Shown here: one piece after another, positions 28,143-38,561 of the stretch
Position numbering within the stretch: position 1 is the stretch's first letter
Layout of the letters: the number at the start of each line of letters is the position of its first letter
Assembly (NCBI GenBank): GCA_026397015.1
Contig: JAPLVR010000003.1
Coordinates: 1-64,000 of the forward strand
Direction of reading: 5' to 3'
Source of the DNA: Candidatus Iainarchaeum sp.
Lineage (GTDB): Archaea; Iainarchaeota; Iainarchaeia; Iainarchaeales; JAAZKV01
Length of the DNA: 64,000 nucleotides
Made by a program: the position numbers and the translations under genes
The notes under the pieces: model-generated
What the model saw: the letters and a program-made list of their open reading frames with translations, nothing else
What the model was told of the DNA's origin: nothing
The model's database searches: none

Positions 28143-29247
28143 AAAAGAAATCTCTAAGCAGGGAATTGTGAAATATATCTCTACAATTGCCGCAAGAAAA
28201 GCCGCCCGGCTGACAATAAAAGCCATTCCGCTGAAAAAAACTGAATTTGAAAAAGCAAAAGTAAAAAAAATTCTTTTCATTCAGCTCTACGGAATCGGCG
28301 ATTACCTAATGTCGACGCCGGCAATCAAGGCAATCTCGGACGAATTTCCGAAAGCAAAAAAAATTTTGCTGTGCAAAAAGCACTCCTTGGAAATTGCAAA
28401 ACTTAATCCCTGCATTGACACAGCAACCGCCGACATTAAAAAAATCAAAAAAATTGATCTCGCCATTTCGCTTAATGACTCGGCTGAATCCTCAATAATT
28501 GCCTTTAAATTAAAACCAAAATACCTAATCGGATTTTTGAAGGGCAAAACTGTCGGGGCAAATTTTGAAATAAAAGGGTTTTCCGCAAACGAAAAAAATT
28601 CTTGGGTCGAAAATTATCTGCTAATCCCAAAGGCGATGAAAATTAACGCAAAAAACCAAAAATACGTCTTGGATTTGAAAAAAATCAAAAGAAGCGACAA
28701 AATTTTCTCAATCCTGAAAAAAAACAAAATTTCAACTTTTGTCGTACTTAACCCGAATACAAGAGAGGGCGCCGAAGCGAAAAACTGGGGCAACAAAAAT
28801 TATGCCGCACTTGCAGAAAAATTGATTGAAAGAGGACACAAAGTCGTTTTCTGCGGAGGAAAAGACGAAGACGGGAGCAAAAAAACAATTGAGCTCATTC
28901 AAAACAAAAAAGTAAAAGAAAAAATAATTGATTTAACCGGAAAGGTCAGTCTTGACGAAACGGCATGCCTTTTTTCGAAGGTGAGGCTTTTTGTCGGGAA
29001 TGACACCGGCCTGATGCACATTTCGCTTGCAGTAGGATGCTCAACAATAGGAATCTTTGGTCCGACTAATTCAAAAATACTTTTTCCAAAAAATGGGATT
29101 TACAAAAAAGCATTTGCGTTTCAGATAAAAAATGGCGAGTGGCCATGCTATTTTAGAGGGCCTTTCAATGTGAAGCAGAATCAAAAATATATGGATTCGA
29201 TAGCGCCCTCAAAGGTTTTCAAAAAAGCGACGGAGCTGATGAAATGA
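28135..29247 (+). CDS. GT9 (heptosyltransferase-like) glycosyltransferase
   Basis: GIGDYLMSTP, KNW, DLTGK.SL, GNDTGLMH, FGPT. Confidence 0.9.
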   Translation: MVEKEISKQGIVKYISTIAARKAARLTIKAIPLKKTEFEKAKVKKILFIQLYGIGDYLMSTPAIKAISDEFPKAKKILLCKKHSLEIAKLNPCIDTATADIKKIKKIDLAISLNDSAESSIIAFKLKPKYLIGFLKGKTVGANFEIKGFSANEKNSWVENYLLIPKAMKINAKNQKYVLDLKKIKRSDKIFSILKKNKISTFVVLNPNTREGAEAKNWGNKNYAALAEKLIERGHKVVFCGGKDEDGSKKTIELIQNKKVKEKIIDLTGKVSLDETACLFSKVRLFVGNDTGLMHISLAVGCSTIGIFGPTNSKILFPKNGIYKKAFAFQIKNGEWPCYFRGPFNVKQNQKYMDSIAPSKVFKKATELMK

Positions 29248-30380
29248 ATATTTTGTACATCGCAGAGGACATTTCGCTTCCGGGATTTCACGGCGGAAGC
29301 ACGCATGTGCAGGAAACCATAAACGCATTGGTAGAACTCGGACACAAAGTTTTTGTAATCTGCAAAAAGAACAAGGGTCAGAAAAAAAAAGAAATGGTGA
29401 AAGGAATTAGTTACTGTCGAATAAATGCGCCCAGTGGTGGCTTTCAAAAAAACATTTGGTTTTTCTTCAATCTTGGAAAAATAACAGAAGAAATTCTCAA
29501 CAAAGAAAGAATCGAACTTGTGTGGCAAAGGAACAGGATTTTTGGCTGCCAGGGAATAATCGCGGGCAAAAAAGCAGGAGCAAAAACCATTCTTGAGATG
29601 AACGAGCCTATAGAGACTTCTGAAGAAAGCATCGCCTTCCCACTGATAAAGAAATGGTTCCTTCACTGCGTTAAATACGCAGACAAAGTTACCGGAACGC
29701 ACGAATGCATGTTCAAATTCATCCCAAAAGAGAAGCGGCTTCTTTCCTGGCACGGCTCCAACCCAAAGCTGTTCAACTCTCACAAAAAGGATCCTACAAT
29801 ATCAAAGAAGTTCAGCCTAAAAGGCAAGACCTTGTTTTACAGCGGAAGCTTCCAAGAATGGCACTGCTTGAAAAATGCGCTCATTGCCTTTGAAAAAGTG
29901 CAAGAGAAATATCCAGAAGCGGCTTTCCTGCTAGCCGGAGAAGGGCCGCAGAAAAAGGAACTAGAAAAACTTGCGAAAAAACTAAAAGTAAAGAATATAC
30001 ATTTCCTTGGAAATGTGCAATTCGAGCGCCTGCCATACCATATCAATGCCTCTGATGTCTGCCTCGCGCTTTTCGACAGGAATTACGGCGCGATAAAGAA
30101 ATGCGGGTACTTCTATTCCCCAATAAAGGTGCATGATTACAAGGCATGCGGAAAGTCTGTGATTGCGAGCGGAATTGGAAACCTTAAAGGGCTGGTAAAA
30201 GAAGGAAAGAATGGGTTCCTTGTGGATGAAAAAAGCATTCCTGAAATAACATTCTCACTTGCTAATGCGCTTTCGCTTTCGGCCAAGAACCAAAAGCTGA
30301 TCGCAAAAAGGAACATTCTTGAAATAAAGGAAACATACAATTGGAAAGCAATAACAAAGAGAATACTGGAGAAATTGTGA
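29244..30380 (+). CDS. GT4 glycosyltransferase
   Basis: GGSTHV, YSGSF, SPIKVHDYKACG. Confidence 0.9.
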   Translation: MNILYIAEDISLPGFHGGSTHVQETINALVELGHKVFVICKKNKGQKKKEMVKGISYCRINAPSGGFQKNIWFFFNLGKITEEILNKERIELVWQRNRIFGCQGIIAGKKAGAKTILEMNEPIETSEESIAFPLIKKWFLHCVKYADKVTGTHECMFKFIPKEKRLLSWHGSNPKLFNSHKKDPTISKKFSLKGKTLFYSGSFQEWHCLKNALIAFEKVQEKYPEAAFLLAGEGPQKKELEKLAKKLKVKNIHFLGNVQFERLPYHINASDVCLALFDRNYGAIKKCGYFYSPIKVHDYKACGKSVIASGIGNLKGLVKEGKNGFLVDEKSIPEITFSLANALSLSAKNQKLIAKRNILEIKETYNWKAITKRILEKL

Positions 30381-30385
30381 TTAAT

Positions 30386-31675
30386 ATGCCATCGAATGCT
30401 AATCTGTTTGCAAAGCACACTGCTTTTAATTATTTGAGCAAAATGATCCCGGCAGCAGTCTCATTCATATTTACACTGCTGATCTCAAACTACTTGGGGC
30501 CGGAAAATTATGGGATATACAACTACTTGCCGGCTGTCCTTGTAGGATTCGCCACACTCTTCGGCGGGGAATTCATAAACAATCTGCTTTGGACATTCAC
30601 GGCCAGAAAGAAGTCAAAGAAGCTCTTCAAGATGATATTTGGGGTCAACTTGCTGATAATCGTTGCACTCTTTTTAGGGCTAAACATTTTCGGCCCTCAA
30701 ATGATGGCGATACTAAACATAGGCCATAGAGAACTGGTTCCGCTGGTTAGCATATTCCTTTTACTAACCCCGATTAACACGCTGATGATAACCTTGTTCA
30801 AGGGATTCAGCAGATTCGGAAAAGTTTTGAAAGCCGCTCTTATTGAGAACATAATTACGCTGGTTCTCGCAGCAATCCTAATAATTCCCCTACAAATGGG
30901 TCTTGCCGGCGCATTTATTGCAAGATTTATTGCGATAGTGGCGTCGCTAATTTTTTACTACAAAGAATACAGAAAGCTGAAATTTTCAAATGCAAAGATA
31001 GATTTCGGTGAAGTGAAAAAATATGGTGGATGGAACATTGTTGCATCAATTGTAAGAAATTTCAAACTACAGCTGGTAACAATATTTCTCGGGCTCATCC
31101 TTAACGCGGCAATTCTAGGGATTTATTATCTGGGTCAAAAAATAACTTCTATTGTGATAACAAACATATCCAATACAATATTTGAAATAATGTGGTCCAA
31201 GAATAGCGAAAATCATAAAAACAAAGAACTTATAGGAAGGCAAACCAGCATTGCAATAAAGACTTCTTTGCTGATAACATTGGTTCTCGGCGTGCCATTC
31301 CTGATCGTATCCCCTTTAATAATAAATTGGCTTTTTCCAAAATATACTGAACTCATATTTTACATCCCGCTTTTTTTAATATACTCCATAGTTGAATCGC
31401 AGGGCTCATTAGAAAGTATATTCGATTCAATAAATAAGACCAAAAATAATATTAAAATAAATTTGATAGATTTAGCATTCGCGTTCGTGCTTATTTTGCC
31501 CCTGACATATTTTCTAGGGCTAATGGGACTTTTAATAGCATACACCTTATCATTAGAACTAAAATATATTACAATAATTTATTTGTTAAAAAAAGAAGGA
31601 ATACGCATTTCAATAATCCCTATGTGGAAAGACATAGTTATGATAAAATCTATTTTAATCAGAGTAAAAAAATGA
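30386..31675 (+). CDS. Wzx/AglR-type oligosaccharide flippase
   Basis: LGPENYG, LGIYY; ~12 TM helices. Confidence 0.88.
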   Translation: MPSNANLFAKHTAFNYLSKMIPAAVSFIFTLLISNYLGPENYGIYNYLPAVLVGFATLFGGEFINNLLWTFTARKKSKKLFKMIFGVNLLIIVALFLGLNIFGPQMMAILNIGHRELVPLVSIFLLLTPINTLMITLFKGFSRFGKVLKAALIENIITLVLAAILIIPLQMGLAGAFIARFIAIVASLIFYYKEYRKLKFSNAKIDFGEVKKYGGWNIVASIVRNFKLQLVTIFLGLILNAAILGIYYLGQKITSIVITNISNTIFEIMWSKNSENHKNKELIGRQTSIAIKTSLLITLVLGVPFLIVSPLIINWLFPKYTELIFYIPLFLIYSIVESQGSLESIFDSINKTKNNIKINLIDLAFAFVLILPLTYFLGLMGLLIAYTLSLELKYITIIYLLKKEGIRISIIPMWKDIVMIKSILIRVKK

Positions 31676-31707
31676 GTTTTGAAACAAACCGAAGTATAAT
31701 TTTATAA

Positions 31708-32670
31708 CTAATTTTTTTCCGCGTAAACAGTAATTTCAGATGATTTGTGCAGCAAAGAAAGCGGAATCGTAACAAAATAGAATATCTTGTTGGTTGGAGA
31801 AAAGCTGAACTTGAATCCTTTAGATTTTAACCAAAGATTAACGCTTTTGATAAAGTGGGAAGGATTTGCTGGATAAAGAATTTTCTTTACCACAAAACCG
31901 TTTCTTTCCAACATCAATAAAAGGCTCCTTGGGCTATAGACAAACAGATGCCTCGGGCTGTCCAGAGCGTAACAGTTATTTTTGAAGAGCGCCAAGTCAA
32001 GCGCCTTCGCGTTTGGAACATCAAAGACCAAAAGGCTTTTCTTTTCCAGAACTGCATGAGTCTTGATGAAGAATGCGTTTGGATTCGGCAGGTGTTCCAA
32101 TATGAATGTGGCGTTCACAACAGCTGCTTTTTTTTTCAGATTGGCCTTGAGATAATCGCCGAACTGGACATCAATACCGTGTTTTTTCGCTATGCGACAG
32201 GCATGCTCGCTAAAATCTATCCCCCCCACATCCCAGCCTAACTTGCCCTGACTCTCCAAGAATTCCCCAACGCCTGCCCCAACATCAAAAAGCAGGCCAT
32301 TCCTAAAAGGTATTATCCTATTCCCGCTGAGCTTTGTGTATGCAAAATAAAGCTCGGACTTTAGCAAGTCTTTGAAAGAACTTTCCACCTTCAAGTGAGA
32401 ATAGGAATAGTGTCTCTTAAGGGCAAGCTTTTTGTAGTTCGGAAGATCTTTTGTCTTATACGCATAGTAAGCAGTGTAATCTTCTGGATAGTACTTTAAG
32501 AGTTTCTCAGGAAATGGGAATATTCGCATAAGCCCGCATGAACGACAACCACAAACATCCCACTCGCCGGCTATTCCATGCCGCATCTCGGTTGATTTGA
32601 AAAGAAATTTCCATTTGTCTGAGTCGCAGGCAGCGCACCTGCCAATCCCAAAAGCGATTTTTTTCTTCAT
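31708..32670 (-). CDS. class I methyltransferase with N-terminal Zn-ribbon
   Basis: CAAC...CRSCGL, DVGAGVG, LEHLPNP, PRHL. Confidence 0.88.
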   Translation of the reverse strand: MKKKIAFGIGRCAACDSDKWKFLFKSTEMRHGIAGEWDVCGCRSCGLMRIFPFPEKLLKYYPEDYTAYYAYKTKDLPNYKKLALKRHYSYSHLKVESSFKDLLKSELYFAYTKLSGNRIIPFRNGLLFDVGAGVGEFLESQGKLGWDVGGIDFSEHACRIAKKHGIDVQFGDYLKANLKKKAAVVNATFILEHLPNPNAFFIKTHAVLEKKSLLVFDVPNAKALDLALFKNNCYALDSPRHLFVYSPRSLLLMLERNGFVVKKILYPANPSHFIKSVNLWLKSKGFKFSFSPTNKIFYFVTIPLSLLHKSSEITVYAEKN

Positions 32671-32684
32671 TTAAAACACCCAAA

Positions 32685-33308
32685 TCATTTCTTCTTAATC
32701 AAAAATATGAACCCTCTTTTTATCCAGAAAGGCTTGTCCCCAAGGAGCCTATATGAGAATCCTGTTTCCTCAAAGAGTCTCAAAAGCTCAAAATAGGAAT
32801 ACATCCCTAGACACTCGGGATTTATTTTTAGCAACTGCTTAAGGTGTCCCACAACAGAATTGTGCCCGCTATTAAATGAACTTATCATTAACTTGTTTGG
32901 AGTGCTCACAATCCCCATTCCTCCCTTCTTCAATATCCTGTTCAGTTCAAGCAGGGAAGACTTTGGATCATTGAGATGCTCAAGAACCTCAAATGCAACA
33001 AAAGAATTGAATGTTTTGTTTTTGAACGGAAGCCTCTTGCCGTCATAGTTAACAAGATGCTTGAACTTTCCGGTTACAACCAAATCGACACCGGTTCCGT
33101 GTGAAGAAGTTGTTTTGTTTACCAATTCAGTAAATAATCCATAAAGGCAACCAAATTCAAGAATCTTCGAGCCTTTGAAAAGAAGGTGCTTTTTTGCAAG
33201 CTCGACATTGTTCTTGACAATGGCAATTTTGGAAGGGTGGGAAAATTCATCTTCGCCGGAGGAAGAGAAAAGTAAATCATTATCCCTGATATAATTTTTA
33301 GAATGCAT
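32685..33308 (-). CDS. class I methyltransferase
   Basis: LEFGCLYG, LPFKN, EVLEHL, STPN. Confidence 0.88.
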   Translation of the reverse strand: MHSKNYIRDNDLLFSSSGEDEFSHPSKIAIVKNNVELAKKHLLFKGSKILEFGCLYGLFTELVNKTTSSHGTGVDLVVTGKFKHLVNYDGKRLPFKNKTFNSFVAFEVLEHLNDPKSSLLELNRILKKGGMGIVSTPNKLMISSFNSGHNSVVGHLKQLLKINPECLGMYSYFELLRLFEETGFSYRLLGDKPFWIKRGFIFLIKKK

Positions 33309-33328
33309 ATTTTTGCGCCCAAATTTTT

Positions 33329-33976
33329 TCATTTATCCATTTTCTTTTTTAACTTCGCCCTATTCTCCAAAGTATTCCAAAAATCTTTCAGACCGCTAAC
33401 TTTTTTACCACGCTTTTTTGATTTTTTCCATTCTTCTAAACCAAAATTCAGTATCAAATGCAATTCCAGTTTATTACTATTTAATATGGATTTTTTATTT
33501 ACCACATTTAATATTTTTTCGCACACGTCCGCCCATTCAAATATGATTATTTTTTTGTTTGTTATTTGCAACATGTTTTCTATCGCTTTTTGGATTTGTT
33601 CTTCGTTGAAATACATTAATACGCCATAACAAAAAAGCACGTCGTATTTTTTTATGGCTGGCACCCCTTTAACGACGTCCCATTCAAAAACGTTTAACCC
33701 TTCTTTTTTTGCCATCTCTAAATAGTCTTTTTGTATATCGCATCCTGCTAAATTGAATTCGCTTTTTATCGGTTTCATTAGCCTGCCCCAGCCGCACCCG
33801 ACTTCAAGAACGCTCTGCGGATTATACTGTTTTAACGCATTTCGTAATTCGCCTACTGTCGGTTCTGTTATTTGCGCGCCTTCTTGCCCTTTATACACTT
33901 CAGCCACGTAGCGTTTATTGTCAATCCAATCTTGCGCGTAATTTCTTTTCTTTTTAAACATCATTTCGCCCGCCAT
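33329..33976 (-). CDS. class I methyltransferase
   Basis: VLEVGCGWGR, GCDI, YDVLF. Confidence 0.85.
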   Translation of the reverse strand: MAGEMMFKKKRNYAQDWIDNKRYVAEVYKGQEGAQITEPTVGELRNALKQYNPQSVLEVGCGWGRLMKPIKSEFNLAGCDIQKDYLEMAKKEGLNVFEWDVVKGVPAIKKYDVLFCYGVLMYFNEEQIQKAIENMLQITNKKIIIFEWADVCEKILNVVNKKSILNSNKLELHLILNFGLEEWKKSKKRGKKVSGLKDFWNTLENRAKLKKKMDK

Positions 33977-34213
33977 TTTTGTTTAACTTGGCGCACCACT
34001 TGCAAACTCATTAATGGAAACTTTTTTATCCCTTCTCAAAAGAGCACAATTATTTTTTGAATACGCAAAATAACTTTTGCGCAAAGTCATGTCTTTTGTA
34101 CCAGCATCACTTATAAAAACGTGGCAAATACATAAATTGGTAGAGAGCCGCATTAAAACAGCACAATTCAATAAGCTGCGCGGCTGCCTTTACAATTTTA
34201 TAAAAGTGAAAAT

Positions 34214-35572
34214 ATGCATCAAAAAATAATTTTCATCGAAATGAGATATCCCGAAAAGCCGGCGGTGCCAGCTGAAATAATGAATGACGGGTCCTTTTTT
34301 GTGCGCTTTAGAAAACAAAGCCCTCTCGACCTGCTTTTTCCCGCAACGATGCTTGAAAAGAAAAAAATCAAAGTAAAAATAGTGGACCTTAATATTGAAT
34401 CTTTTGATTTCCTGAAAAAGCAAATCGTCGAATTTAAGCCGACCATTGCACTGGTTTCAACGGCGTATGTCGGCGCTTGGCAGTGCCCTCTTCCTCCTCA
34501 CTCGATAAAAGAAACAATGCAAAATATTCGCGACACATTCAAAGGCACGGTCGGAATTTTCGGCCCGCACGCAACCGCCCTTCCCGAAACAATGCTGCGA
34601 ATGAGCGGGGCCGATTTCGCAATAATCGGAGAGCCTGAAAATTCAATTATTGAAGTAATAGAAAAGGGATATGAAAAGGCAAAAGGCACTGCGTTTTTCT
34701 GGAAAAAAGAGAAACTTAAAATAAACGCGCCGCCCGCGCCGGTTGATTTCAAGAAAATACCAAATCCAAATTATAATTTAGTGAATTTGAAAAGATACGG
34801 CGAAATCGTTGTTCAGTCGAGCAGAGGGTGCCCTGGAAACTGTCTTTTTTGCAACAAAACCATGTATGGCGCAGGATACAGAGCGAGAAAATTAGACAAT
34901 GTAATTGAAGAGATAAAGGATTTGAAAAAAAGAGGGTTTAACAAAATTTATTTTCAGGACCTTGAATTCTTGTTCAACAAAGAAAGAATTACAAAATTTT
35001 GCAACGCGCTTATCAAATCAGGCCTTAAGATAGAATGGAGCTGCACCGCACGGGTAAATTCCGTTACCGATTTGGAAACATTTAAACTTATGAAGCGCGC
35101 GGGATGCAAAACAATAAACTTCGGGCTTGAAAGCGCGGCAGAAAAAGTCATTGCGCAATCCGGGAAAGGGGCGACTGTATATGACGTCGAAAAATCGATG
35201 GATATGTGCTCAAGGTCAGGAATAATCGGTGCATACAATATAATTTTCGGCCTTCCCGGCGAGGACAGGGAAACGATAAACGAAACGCTGAAATTCATAG
35301 AAAAACATTATGGACAAAAAAACATACAGATAGACAGGGGTTTTAGGACAATCTACTTTCCGGGAAGCAGGCTTTTTGAATTAGGAGTAAGAGACGGAAA
35401 AATAAACCGCAGCGACCCATTTGAAGATATCTACTTGAAAAGTGGAACAATCAGAACCGCATTTAAGACAAAAAATGAATTCGACGCCGCGTTCCAGGAA
35501 ATGAGAATAAAACTTTTTATTTTTAAAAAATTTAAAACAACAAAATCAAAAATAGAAAAAATTTTCCATTAG
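34214..35572 (+). CDS. B12-binding radical SAM protein
   Basis: GPHAT, GEPE, SRGCPGNCLFC, GLES, FGLPGE. Confidence 0.92.
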   Translation: MHQKIIFIEMRYPEKPAVPAEIMNDGSFFVRFRKQSPLDLLFPATMLEKKKIKVKIVDLNIESFDFLKKQIVEFKPTIALVSTAYVGAWQCPLPPHSIKETMQNIRDTFKGTVGIFGPHATALPETMLRMSGADFAIIGEPENSIIEVIEKGYEKAKGTAFFWKKEKLKINAPPAPVDFKKIPNPNYNLVNLKRYGEIVVQSSRGCPGNCLFCNKTMYGAGYRARKLDNVIEEIKDLKKRGFNKIYFQDLEFLFNKERITKFCNALIKSGLKIEWSCTARVNSVTDLETFKLMKRAGCKTINFGLESAAEKVIAQSGKGATVYDVEKSMDMCSRSGIIGAYNIIFGLPGEDRETINETLKFIEKHYGQKNIQIDRGFRTIYFPGSRLFELGVRDGKINRSDPFEDIYLKSGTIRTAFKTKNEFDAAFQEMRIKLFIFKKFKTTKSKIEKIFH

Positions 35573-35588
35573 CCCATTATTTTTGCCT

Positions 35589-37070
35589 TCAACTTTTTTT
35601 CTTTTCAGCTTTCTTTTCTCTTCCGGGCAAATCCCTCAAATCCTTGGCGACAAGCATCGTAAGCGCCCTATTTACGCCCCAAATAAGGTCGCCCGGAGAC
35701 TCAATCTTTTTCAAAAACTTCACTATGTTCTTCGGGGCAAACACGCTGCGCCGCATCATCGCATTTATTTCATTCACAGCCATCTCATAGGCAACCTTTC
35801 TTTCTTCCGCCGTAAATTCAGGCGTCTCAAAAATCGGAACATTGCCCTTTCCGTACCCTAAAAAGTTTTTATAATCCACAACATCCTCATACTCAACTAA
35901 AATCTTTCCATTTTTATTTACATAATCCCAAAGCCTTGTGCTCGGAAACGGAACGGCGTGATTGAAACCGGCAAGATCAAGCTTGAGGCTTTTCATGAAA
36001 GCAATTGTTTCCTTCGCTTTTTCAAGCGTCTCATTCGGCAACCCTATTATGAAATGCCCTGCGACCATTGGAATTCCGACTTCCTTTGAGGCTTTCACAG
36101 CTTCGCGTATTTTCGGAAGCGTCGTTGCTTTTCCAATTTCACTCAACAAAACCGGATTTCCTGTCTCCATCCCGAACCAGAGCTCGCTGCATCCCGCAAG
36201 TTTCATTTTATCCAACAACTCTTTTGAAACGGTATTCACATGTATCCCGGTTGCGCAAGTCATATTTATTCCAAGATCTCTTTTGATAAGTTCGTCACAA
36301 ATTCCAATCGCCCTATTTTTATCTATGGTGAAATTGTCATCCGATATTCCAACTGTTCTATTTGCTCTCTTTGCAAGATGAGGGTATTTTTCAAAAGACT
36401 GCTGGATTTCATCAACTGTATTTTTCGGCGACCTTGAACGCCAAGTGGTATTTGTAACCGGCTTTGAGCAGTAAACGCAATTGTACGGGCAGCCTCTGCT
36501 TGACATTACATTGAAAGGGGAGTGATATGATTCCAACTCCAAAATATCGCGCGCGGGAAAAGGAATTTCATCGAGATTTGAAATAAGCCCGGCCGGCCCG
36601 TTAACCCTGATTTTTTTTCCTTCCCTGAAACAAATTCCTTTCACTTTTGCCAAGGATTTTTCTTTTACAAGCGCGTCAATAAGAGAAACTATTGTGTTTT
36701 CTGCTTCGCCGACCACAACAACATCCACTTCAGGAACTTTTTCGAGCAATTTTTCCCTAAAAATTGTCGCATGAGGCCCACCCAAAATTATTTTTCCCGC
36801 ATATTTTCTGGCTTCTTTTATGGCCGGAAGGCAGTAATAAAAGGAAGGAGTTGTCGCAGTAAATGCAACCACCTTTGGATATTTTTTCAACTCCTGCAAA
36901 AAATATTCATGAGAACGCTTGAAATATTTGTTGCCCGCAACATCGGAGGAAACATCCACAATATTTACGCTAAAGCCGTTGTCCCTAAGTATTGATGCAA
37001 GAGTCGTTATTCCAAGACGTATCTGACCGCTGCCATACGGTTCGACAAAAAGACAATCCATGCAAATCAT
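35589..37070 (-). CDS. B12-binding radical SAM protein
   Basis: GGPHAT, GEAE, SRGCPYNCVYC, GMETG. Confidence 0.92.
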   Translation of the reverse strand: MICMDCLFVEPYGSGQIRLGITTLASILRDNGFSVNIVDVSSDVAGNKYFKRSHEYFLQELKKYPKVVAFTATTPSFYYCLPAIKEARKYAGKIILGGPHATIFREKLLEKVPEVDVVVVGEAENTIVSLIDALVKEKSLAKVKGICFREGKKIRVNGPAGLISNLDEIPFPARDILELESYHSPFNVMSSRGCPYNCVYCSKPVTNTTWRSRSPKNTVDEIQQSFEKYPHLAKRANRTVGISDDNFTIDKNRAIGICDELIKRDLGINMTCATGIHVNTVSKELLDKMKLAGCSELWFGMETGNPVLLSEIGKATTLPKIREAVKASKEVGIPMVAGHFIIGLPNETLEKAKETIAFMKSLKLDLAGFNHAVPFPSTRLWDYVNKNGKILVEYEDVVDYKNFLGYGKGNVPIFETPEFTAEERKVAYEMAVNEINAMMRRSVFAPKNIVKFLKKIESPGDLIWGVNRALTMLVAKDLRDLPGREKKAEKKKS

Positions 37071-37616
37071 TTAAGAAAAATTGTAAAACAGGCCGCGAAC
37101 AAAATCCGCAACTTTATCGTCCTGAAGCACTTTGCTTTCAACGACATATCTGTCAATCAAAGGTGTTATTGTGAAAATATAAATGCTCACAGTGAACAAA
37201 TGCATTAATGTAAATGGAATCTGCCCCAATAATGCCTGCTCAAACGACATCCCAAACATAAGAGGAGTCGCCAAAACACCTGTAATAAAATCGAATATCA
37301 GAACGCCTGCAACTCCGGAAAAGAAATATTTTTTCAACCCGACTTTTTTCTCCTTACCGTAAATAAACGCGAAAAGCAGCCCGAGACCGCCGTAAGTGAG
37401 TGAAGTAACAACGGTCCAAATACCTACGTAACCAGTTATTATGTCAAAAGAAACCATCGTCAAAAAAGGGAACAGAAAAGCGGCAACAAAATTTCTTTTC
37501 TTCGAAACCGGAAGCATCATTGCCATAATCGGATCGTTGTTCGGAATGAACCTCAAAAGACGCACCGCATTTGCCGCCAAAACCGCCAAAACAAATTTGA
37601 TTGCTCCGAAACGCAT
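37071..37616 (-). CDS. ECF-type S-component-like membrane protein (possibly for cobalamin)
   Basis: ~180 aa, ~6 TM, RFIPNNDPI motif; abuts the B12 radical SAM gene. Confidence 0.6.
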   Translation of the reverse strand: MRFGAIKFVLAVLAANAVRLLRFIPNNDPIMAMMLPVSKKRNFVAAFLFPFLTMVSFDIITGYVGIWTVVTSLTYGGLGLLFAFIYGKEKKVGLKKYFFSGVAGVLIFDFITGVLATPLMFGMSFEQALLGQIPFTLMHLFTVSIYIFTITPLIDRYVVESKVLQDDKVADFVRGLFYNFS

Positions 37617-37753
37617 AATGATTAATTTCTCAGAATAATTTATAATTGCTTCTTTTCGATTCCTCAAACCAAACAAAATTTTCGCACCAAACATGACCCG
37701 TAAAGTTAATATTTAACAAAACGCAATGAATAGTGGAACGCCGGGGTTCCTAC

Positions 37754-38560
37754 ATGCGCGCACCAACTGTCCTGCTTGGAATAGATGACTTTAATCCGGG
37801 TGTAATCGACGAAGATTCAGACGAACTGAAAAGGCTATTGAAATTTTTTAGGGAATTTCCGAAAGTCAGGGCGACCTGCTTTTGCGCCGCAAAATACAGT
37901 TACACAAACGATCCTGTAAGAAATCTTGCGATTAAAAATATTCAAAAATTGGTTAATCTCAAAGTAGAAAATGATTCCAACTTGCTTTCAAAAAATAAAG
38001 GGTGGGCGAAAAAAATCAGCGATATAAAAAATATTTCCCTTGAGTTGCACGGCTACACTCACTTCAACCCTTTGTTGGGAACGTGCGAGGAATTTAGGGG
38101 AATCGCAAAAGATGAAACTTACAAAAAAATTTTAGATGCGCAGGCAGAGTTTGCATCAATTGGAATTAAACCGAAAGTATTTGCCCCCCCCGGATGGGCT
38201 ATGAACGAACACATCTATTCTTTTTGCAGCACGAATCACATTTCAATCGCAAATTCATTCTACAATATAAAAACAAAAAAATATTCGGGAGAAAAAATAA
38301 ACCCGATGAAACAATCTGTTCACAACAGAGTGCTCTGCATACCGCGAAATGTTGATATTCACAACGGAAGCACGAGCGACATTAAGCATATAATAAAAAA
38401 CAACGGATTGGTTTCATTCCACAGTCACGCGAAAAACATAGGCGTTTCAAACGGGCTAACGGAAGAAAATGTTGGAAATTTAAGGGAACTCATTCTTTGG
38501 ATAAATAAAAATTACAAGCCAAATTTCAAATTTTTTCGCGAAATAAAAAGGGGCTTTTAA
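37754..38560 (+). CDS. polysaccharide deacetylase family (DUF2334-like)
   Basis: GIDD, LHGYTH, FAPPGW, FHSH. Confidence 0.82.
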   Translation: MRAPTVLLGIDDFNPGVIDEDSDELKRLLKFFREFPKVRATCFCAAKYSYTNDPVRNLAIKNIQKLVNLKVENDSNLLSKNKGWAKKISDIKNISLELHGYTHFNPLLGTCEEFRGIAKDETYKKILDAQAEFASIGIKPKVFAPPGWAMNEHIYSFCSTNHISIANSFYNIKTKKYSGEKINPMKQSVHNRVLCIPRNVDIHNGSTSDIKHIIKNNGLVSFHSHAKNIGVSNGLTEENVGNLRELILWINKNYKPNFKFFREIKRGF

Positions 38561-38561
38561 A

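Noticed and set aside
33983-34171. 62-aa ORF between a methyltransferase and a radical SAM gene
   Set aside because: No recognisable motif; it overlaps divergent TATA-like elements.
37617-37753. Cobalamin riboswitch upstream of the S-component
   Set aside because: Short AT-rich divergent promoter region without a B12-box consensus.
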